Below are positions 30,919-36,764 of a stretch of 36,764 nt of DNA, piece by piece. The stretch lies in the IMG/VR virus record IMGVR_UViG_3300045988_146803; one strand, written 5' to 3'. Both the position numbers and the translations under genes were made by a program. Each line of letters opens with the position of its first letter. The first letter of the stretch is position 1. The stretch comes from a virus. The notes below the pieces were generated by a model that was not told the DNA's origin, ran no database searches, and saw nothing but the letters and a program-made list of their open reading frames with translations.

Positions 30919-33174
30919 ATGAAACTCTCTCAATTTTCAGGGGATATCAATAAGAACATCATGAAAGGAAAGATCATCCCGACTACGACACTAGAAAGCG
31001 CAGGAGGGAATACCGCAGGACTTACCACCTTAGGGAAGGCTGCAGGTGCCGTATCGGACATGCTGGGGAAGGTATGGCTGAAAGACCAGAACGATAAAAT
31101 CTTCGACGCAAAAAACGATTACGAGCAGCGCATCAATACCCTCATGGACGATGAGAACACCGGCCTTTTCAATACCCATCAGGGCAAGGCTGCCGAGAAC
31201 CTGCAGAAAGACTACACCGACCAGGAACAGAAGATTTATCAGCAGGTCCTGCAGGATCATGGGATCTCTTCTGATTACGCCGTCCGAGCTTTCGGGGAAC
31301 AGAGAGCACAGTCACAGACATCGAACTTTCGTATGATCGACAAGTACCAGCGAAAGCAGATGGAAGACTACGCAGGAAATCAGATTTCCTTGATGACCAG
31401 CAACATGGTGAACCAGTCCGTCAAAGACCCCGACTCCCTCATCACGAACTTCGGAAGCTGGGAGAAGAATACCACTGCCATTCTGGCAGGCCTCAGCATG
31501 GATAGCGCAGCTATTGACGTCAAAATGAAAGCACTGAAGAACGATAAAGCCAAAGAGATCATGCAGTCCTATCTCACCACTGGCGATTACAGCGCGGGCC
31601 TCAATGCCATCGCCTACATGAAATCACAGGGGATAGACGAACCGACACTCAAGGCTTACAAAGACCAGTTCCTTCAGAAGAAAATGACGCGGGAAATTAA
31701 AAGCAGCGCCGAAGACTATGTCAAAGGAAACGGACTGAACCTCACTACCATGACATGGGAACAGTTCCGGGATGCATGGAGGAAAGACCACCCGACGCCG
31801 GTCCCTCAAGGGAAAGGCAGCGTCACGGGAAATCAGATCGCGGAATTTGCCAGAAACAACTACACCGAGGGGGATCAGTGGATGGGAAGCGTCACCAAAG
31901 ATCCCACGATCCAGTGCGATTCATGGACCGCTGACGTCTACGCCAAGACCGGCCTTTTCCCGGACGGGACAATCACGCACGGTTCCGACTTCGGGGACGC
32001 CTACCACGAAGCGGGCGACGGCTATGAACCACAGCCCGGAGACTTCATTGATGGGGAAAAGCACGTCGGCATTTATTTAGGGAACGGCCAGTACATGGCC
32101 AGAAACTCCTCCGGCGGCATCCACATTGGCAGCATGGACGAGTGGAATGAATGGTTCGGGAAACCCATTGGCTATGGATCCGTGGCAGAGGCCAAAGGCG
32201 AAGCGGCGGACGACATGTCAGACGAAGAACGAGCCGAGCTGCAGGACAAGAGCGACGCTGCCCTAAAGCAGCAGTACGCCGAGATCCGCTCAAGCCAAGT
32301 AACCTACATCCAGAGCCAGGTGCGGAACATCACCAAAGGAATCCTCGAAATGGAGCAGAACGGTTCCACGCCCGGCCAGGCGTATGAGTACGCCGCGGAT
32401 ATTGTGGACAACGATCCCTTGCTGAAAGACTCTTCGGCGGGCGTCACGCTCTTAGGCCGTCTGATGAATCAGAAGAGAACCTACGAAAATTCACAGAACA
32501 GAGCTGCCAATGTAGGGAGAGGACTTGATACCAGCGGCTGCCTCAAAGAGAAAGGGTTCAACGCCTTAGAAGGATTTATCGGGACGAAAATCAATTCCAT
32601 CGAAGACCTCGACAACATCATCAAAGACCTGCAGGAAGAAGGCGTCTACCTCACTGCAGAGCAGGATGCCAAGATTCGGAAAGATGTCATCGACTGCGGA
32701 AACGGCGTGGGAACCTTTGCCGTCAAGATCCCGGACGATGACGCTGCCATTGCGGCCATGTGCTACACCAATACCTCCGCCGTCACCTCGACAGCGAAAA
32801 TGCTCATTAAGAGAGAAATCATGGATTTCAAAAACGAGCAGGGGAGAGATCCCGACAACGACGAACTCCGCACCATCTACTACGATGTGATCGGGAAAGA
32901 GAGCCTCGACAGCACCGGCAAAACGAAAATCGGCGGGATTAACATCTTCGGTGTAAACCTTTTCGGGGACGACTACGAAGCTCCAACCATGAGCGAAGCG
33001 CAGGCCTACGACGATCACATCAGGGAAACGTCGCAGGCCGTAGACGAAGATGGAAATCCGAATGGTTTCTACATTGACGTGGACTACGGGAACGGAAAGA
33101 CTGAGACCAAGTGGGTGTCTGATGAACAGATGAGACAGATTTCCAATGGAGAATTAAGCGTATTCGATATTTGA
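30919..33174 (+). CDS. Internal virion protein with NlpC/P60-type peptidoglycan peptidase domain (T7 gp15 position)
   Basis: 751 aa (T7 gp15 is 747 aa, from memory). Catalytic-looking Cys in TIQCDSWTADVY (codon 31915-31917) and His in GEKHVGIYLGNGQYM (codon 32062-32064). Confidence 0.7.
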   Translation: MKLSQFSGDINKNIMKGKIIPTTTLESAGGNTAGLTTLGKAAGAVSDMLGKVWLKDQNDKIFDAKNDYEQRINTLMDDENTGLFNTHQGKAAENLQKDYTDQEQKIYQQVLQDHGISSDYAVRAFGEQRAQSQTSNFRMIDKYQRKQMEDYAGNQISLMTSNMVNQSVKDPDSLITNFGSWEKNTTAILAGLSMDSAAIDVKMKALKNDKAKEIMQSYLTTGDYSAGLNAIAYMKSQGIDEPTLKAYKDQFLQKKMTREIKSSAEDYVKGNGLNLTTMTWEQFRDAWRKDHPTPVPQGKGSVTGNQIAEFARNNYTEGDQWMGSVTKDPTIQCDSWTADVYAKTGLFPDGTITHGSDFGDAYHEAGDGYEPQPGDFIDGEKHVGIYLGNGQYMARNSSGGIHIGSMDEWNEWFGKPIGYGSVAEAKGEAADDMSDEERAELQDKSDAALKQQYAEIRSSQVTYIQSQVRNITKGILEMEQNGSTPGQAYEYAADIVDNDPLLKDSSAGVTLLGRLMNQKRTYENSQNRAANVGRGLDTSGCLKEKGFNALEGFIGTKINSIEDLDNIIKDLQEEGVYLTAEQDAKIRKDVIDCGNGVGTFAVKIPDDDAAIAAMCYTNTSAVTSTAKMLIKREIMDFKNEQGRDPDNDELRTIYYDVIGKESLDSTGKTKIGGINIFGVNLFGDDYEAPTMSEAQAYDDHIRETSQAVDEDGNPNGFYIDVDYGNGKTETKWVSDEQMRQISNGELSVFDI

Positions 33175-33185
33175 GAGGAATCACA

Positions 33186-36100
33186 ATGGACGAAGAAATT
33201 TTAGGAAGCGTGCTGCATGGGATTAAGCCAAAGGACTACACACCTATCCAGGTGAGACCGACACCGGAATTTGGCGGAATTCAGCTCACCGAAGAACAGC
33301 AGGCCAAGAAGGACAATACGGAATCCGTCAAGGATGGAGAGATCCTGCCCTTAAACGGTTTTGCCGACACCGTAGAAGCCCAGTGGGAATCCGCCAAAGA
33401 CCTTGTGAAATCCACCGACGTATACAAGAACCTTTTCGGAAACAGCGCACCGGATGATAACCGCCTCGAACAGTCTGAGAAATTAGGAAGTGCGCTAGGC
33501 ATTGCCCCTCAGCTGATTGCCTCCGATCCGGATATGTACAAGGCAGCCGTCACCACCTATGAGAGACAGAGGAATGCAGCCGCACTGAACAACCAGCCAT
33601 TTTCTGCCAAGACTTTGAATGAACTCTACCCGGAACTCGACACGGAAGACCCCGTGGCCACCACCATCGCTTTGAAGGACTATACCAACATCCTGAAAAA
33701 CCGAGAAGCAGCAGCGCAGGGCGCGGCGGTTTATACCATGCCGGAAAGCAAGCTCACCGATCTTTCTAATGTCATCGGCTATCTCTACGACACCGGCACC
33801 CATTTTGCGGGCACCGCCTACGATGCCGGGCAGGCACTCGACGCACAGAGCGAGCTCATGTACAAAGCTTCCATCGGGGAAATCTCCGATGAAGAAGTAG
33901 AGAAAGCCATTCCAGGACTGATGAATGTCCAGAAATCATACAACGCAGAAATCGGGGACTCCTACGTGGCCAAGATTGTAGGGGAAACCATCTCCCAGCT
34001 TTCCATGCAGAAGAATATGATCATGCGCGGCGCAGCAGAAATCCTCGCTCCGATCGCTCCATTGGCGCAGCCTATCTTAGCGGCCACCAAAACAAACTTG
34101 CCGCAGATCGCTACCTTAGGCGCTGCATCCGCAGCGGGCGCCGTAGGAGCCACAGGCGCCGTGTCAGGAGCAGCCGTCACAGGAGCGGCCGCACTGACAG
34201 GGCTCATCGCCTTAGGCACTGCTTCCGTCTTCACAGGAACCTATAGAGCAGAAGCTGGACAGGCGTATTGGGATTGGCGCACCAAAAAGGATAAAAACGG
34301 GAAATCTGTTTATACCCGAGAGCAGGCCATTGGCCATGCCAAGAGAGTCGGAAGAATCAATGCAGCCATTGAAACCGGTGCATGGGAGCTCGCACTCAAG
34401 GGCATCACCAAAGTATGGGGGAGCGACGCAGCCAAAGCTGTCATCAAGAACGAAGCTGCCATGAAGAAACTGATCGGCGCAGGGAGAGCAGCCGTAGGAG
34501 CTAAAGCCATTGGATACGGTGCGAAACAGTTCGCCAAAGTGGCGGCGCCTGAGATCGCAGAAGAAGGTCTGCAGTCTCTTTCTGCAGATATCGATACAAA
34601 CCTCTTTGGGAAAGAAAATGTTCCCGTAAGAGAGATGATGGGGAATGCCTTGGACGCCATGATCGAAGCTGTTCCTTCCGTTGTTGGTATGTCGATCGGC
34701 GGTGCTTCTTTAGCAGGCGCAGGGGCACATAGAGCCATGAAGAGAATCACTGGCCTCTCCGAAATGAAAGACGCCGTTATCGAATTCAAACGTGAGAACG
34801 AAAGATCCATGCTGCAGAAACTCATGGATCTCCGCTCCGAATCGTCCCTTTACAAAAAAGCACCGGAAACCTACCGGAAGACGCTGCAGAACCAGCTCGA
34901 TCATACCGGTTCCGGCACGCTTTACATCGACGCTTCCGCAGCGGCCGAAAACGAAAAGACACACGATGCCTTAAACAAGCTCGTAGAAGATGGCACGATC
35001 ACCGCTAAAGAATTGGATGACGCCATCAAGACCGGCAAGCCCTTAGAGGTAGAGGCAGGGAAATACATGCAGACCGCCACCCCTGAAACCCATGAAGCCC
35101 TTTCCGACTACACCACCATGGACAAAGGAGAAAAAACGATCCATGCCATCCGAGAAGAGCGGCAGCGCATGAAAGACATGATCGACATTGTCACCATGAC
35201 ACGCGAAAAAAGAGAAGCGGTCGCTGCAGAAAAAATCTTGAACGACCACTTCTCCGATGATACCGATATCGGAAGAGAAGATAGGGACACCGCAAGAGAA
35301 ATTCTTTCCGGCGGTTTAGATCATATCGAAGACACATGCAAGACCATCCTTCAGGAAGCCAAAGACGCATGGGGAAAGCTGACCGGCGTCAAAGAACTCC
35401 AGGACTACATGGAACGGAGAAAGACACAGGACGCCAACACATCCAATGAAAAAGGCGTCGATATGTTCGACGTCGGGGAAGGGAAAGATCGGGTACATCT
35501 CAGAGTTTCCAAGAACCCAGATTGGTATCAGGATTTTTATGGTACATACGGAAGAGCACCAAACCAGCGTGAACTCTACGATATCGCCCAAGAGAAAATC
35601 ATTGCCGAGAATGATAAAGGCGATGAAGAATCCAAAGTGGCCATCGCCGAGATCGAAGAAGCCAAGAAGAGAGTCGAGTCCATCGAGAGAGTGAGTGAGA
35701 CGCTGAAATCCTTAAACAAAGAAGATCTCATCGCCCAGACTCTCTTAGATCCAGAGACCTACGAAGAAGCCTACAAGCCTCTCCTCGCGCAGATTCAGGC
35801 CGCAGGGAACGGGGCTGTCACCAAAGCCGCGAGAGACTCCGCTTTAATCCTGGCAAAGCTCGCAGAGAATTTCCATAGGAACTACGGCGTGCCATTGAAA
35901 TTGGCCATGATTGCCGCTGGTGAAGTCAGTCCGGAGACCGCGCATCAGCTGAACCAGTCCGCCATCGAGAACGAACTGCAGCTTGTGAAAGAGAAATACT
36001 GGAATACTGAGGAATGGATGAAAGCCCCGGACGGTACACTGACAAAGCTGACCGAGCGCCAGTGGCTGATTACCCATAGCGAAACTTTCAGGGAATGGTT

Positions 36101-36764
36101 TGGAGATTGGGAAACCGTCGAAAAGGTCACAAAGCTATACTATGGAAATCCAATCGTTATGACAGAAGGAGGATTTAAAGAAAAATTAGAGAAGGCAGCA
36201 CGAGATAACGGAATAAATATAGCCGCAGATGCCGATTCCATACGAAAAGAGATTAAGACCATTTTCAAAAGTCTGTACCCAGGTAAAGAATTATCAAAGG
36301 GGTACAGAGAACCGGGACGGGTAAAAAATCTTGACGGTGAGTTAATCAGTATCACTGTTTCATCGGCTAAGGAATTAAGGCATCACTCCACAAATCCGAG
36401 GACATTATTTTTGGCGGTTAACCTCGATTCTGTTATTGAAAACGCAACATTCCTTTACGAAGAAGTTAAAGATGAATCCAGAGTCAAAAAGTCAAATCAA
36501 ACAACATTGGCTTATAGGTATTATGCGACACGCGTTGTGGTTAATGGGGAAGAATGTATAGCCAGAATTATTGTAAGAAAAGATAAAAACGGCAATTTAT
36601 ACTTTTATGATGGTGACATTACAAGTAATGAACAAATAAAAAAAGACCTACCTAAATACCTGTATCCGGATACCAAAACCGGGCAGAATTTAGGTAAGTC
36701 TCTCTTTACCCATAGTATACAGGAATGGCTGGCAAAAGTCAAAGAAACTACCGATAAAATCGGG
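33186..36764 (+). CDS. Giant virion/ejection 'polyvalent' protein, N-terminal 1,193 codons (no stop in window; continues across the junction to stop at 6688; 3,403 aa in total)
   Basis: ATG 33186 lies 6 nt after GAGAGGA. Read by eye, the frame is stop-free to base 36764. It is absent from the ORF track only because it never terminates in the window. Minus-strand ORFs here look like shadow ORFs. It has a Gly/Ala-rich hydrophobic stretch (IATLGAASAAGAVGATGAVSGAAVTGAAALTGLIALGTASVF, ~34040-34240). A FREWFGDWE linker (~36080-36115) precedes a beta-rich module (YYATRVVVNGEECIARIIVRKDKNGNLYFYDGDIT). Confidence 0.85.
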   Translation, partial: MDEEILGSVLHGIKPKDYTPIQVRPTPEFGGIQLTEEQQAKKDNTESVKDGEILPLNGFADTVEAQWESAKDLVKSTDVYKNLFGNSAPDDNRLEQSEKLGSALGIAPQLIASDPDMYKAAVTTYERQRNAAALNNQPFSAKTLNELYPELDTEDPVATTIALKDYTNILKNREAAAQGAAVYTMPESKLTDLSNVIGYLYDTGTHFAGTAYDAGQALDAQSELMYKASIGEISDEEVEKAIPGLMNVQKSYNAEIGDSYVAKIVGETISQLSMQKNMIMRGAAEILAPIAPLAQPILAATKTNLPQIATLGAASAAGAVGATGAVSGAAVTGAAALTGLIALGTASVFTGTYRAEAGQAYWDWRTKKDKNGKSVYTREQAIGHAKRVGRINAAIETGAWELALKGITKVWGSDAAKAVIKNEAAMKKLIGAGRAAVGAKAIGYGAKQFAKVAAPEIAEEGLQSLSADIDTNLFGKENVPVREMMGNALDAMIEAVPSVVGMSIGGASLAGAGAHRAMKRITGLSEMKDAVIEFKRENERSMLQKLMDLRSESSLYKKAPETYRKTLQNQLDHTGSGTLYIDASAAAENEKTHDALNKLVEDGTITAKELDDAIKTGKPLEVEAGKYMQTATPETHEALSDYTTMDKGEKTIHAIREERQRMKDMIDIVTMTREKREAVAAEKILNDHFSDDTDIGREDRDTAREILSGGLDHIEDTCKTILQEAKDAWGKLTGVKELQDYMERRKTQDANTSNEKGVDMFDVGEGKDRVHLRVSKNPDWYQDFYGTYGRAPNQRELYDIAQEKIIAENDKGDEESKVAIAEIEEAKKRVESIERVSETLKSLNKEDLIAQTLLDPETYEEAYKPLLAQIQAAGNGAVTKAARDSALILAKLAENFHRNYGVPLKLAMIAAGEVSPETAHQLNQSAIENELQLVKEKYWNTEEWMKAPDGTLTKLTERQWLITHSETFREWFGDWETVEKVTKLYYGNPIVMTEGGFKEKLEKAARDNGINIAADADSIRKEIKTIFKSLYPGKELSKGYREPGRVKNLDGELISITVSSAKELRHHSTNPRTLFLAVNLDSVIENATFLYEEVKDESRVKKSNQTTLAYRYYATRVVVNGEECIARIIVRKDKNGNLYFYDGDITSNEQIKKDLPKYLYPDTKTGQNLGKSLFTHSIQEWLAKVKETTDKIG
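36710..36764. repeat. Terminal direct repeat, right copy (identical to 1-55)
   Basis: Exact 55/55 match to the window start. Confidence 0.97.

Larger units (their letters stand above)
1..36764. mobile_element. Complete temperate tailed-phage genome (podovirus/T7-like virion gene order), circularly closed contig
   Basis: The 55-bp ends are identical. Integrase with repressor/Cro switch, replication module, terminase-portal-capsid-tail module and lysis cassette together fill the window with almost no non-phage DNA. Confidence 0.85.

Noticed and set aside
33186-36764. Giant protein as an N4/crAss-type virion RNA polymerase
   Set aside because: Both parts (33186..36764 and 2..6688) were scanned by eye. 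I found no DxDGD/NADFDGD-like metal-binding loop and no T7-RNAP-like motif. The acidic runs (DDSDDED, MDDDRY) lack the right context. Size and position alone are not evidence.

Overview
The window is a complete, circularly closed phage genome. Bases 1-55 are identical to 36710-36764, so the unique length is 36,709 bp. The phage looks temperate, with a tyrosine integrase, a candidate attP and a CI/Cro-type switch carrying four copies of a 15-bp palindromic operator. The early and replication region is transcribed rightward. It holds many small ORFs, an HNH endonuclease, an HUH rolling-circle Rep, two zinc-ribbon repeat proteins, a 15-bp tandem iteron block and an SSB. No polymerase, primase or helicase is visible. 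A strong terminator then precedes a late operon: TerS, TerL, portal, Bbp19-like protein, scaffold, HK97-type capsid protein and a decoration candidate. After these come genes whose order and sizes track T7 gp11 to gp17: adaptor, nozzle, three internal virion proteins, a giant protein and a short fibre. The lysis module follows: XkdX, holin, a single-domain GH25 lysozyme and a spanin-like membrane protein. The main observation is that the listed 2,189-aa ORF (119..6688) is only the C-terminal part of one gene. That gene starts at 33186, runs off the window end and continues in frame across the circular junction. It totals 10,212 nt (3,403 aa), about 28% of the genome, and sits in the T7 gp16 (ejectosome) position. 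Its modules resemble the 'polyvalent' virion-delivered proteins, including a MuF_C-like module, a HEGAH zincin motif, coiled coil and hydrophobic segments. Other points worth checking:
- a dual-frame spanin-like locus;
- a promoter-plus-terminator unit that looks like a small RNA between int and the repressor;
- a counter-oriented small gene that reuses the repressor leader;
- a glycine-rich domain inserted in the nozzle protein.
All functional calls come from motifs read by eye. No database search was run.
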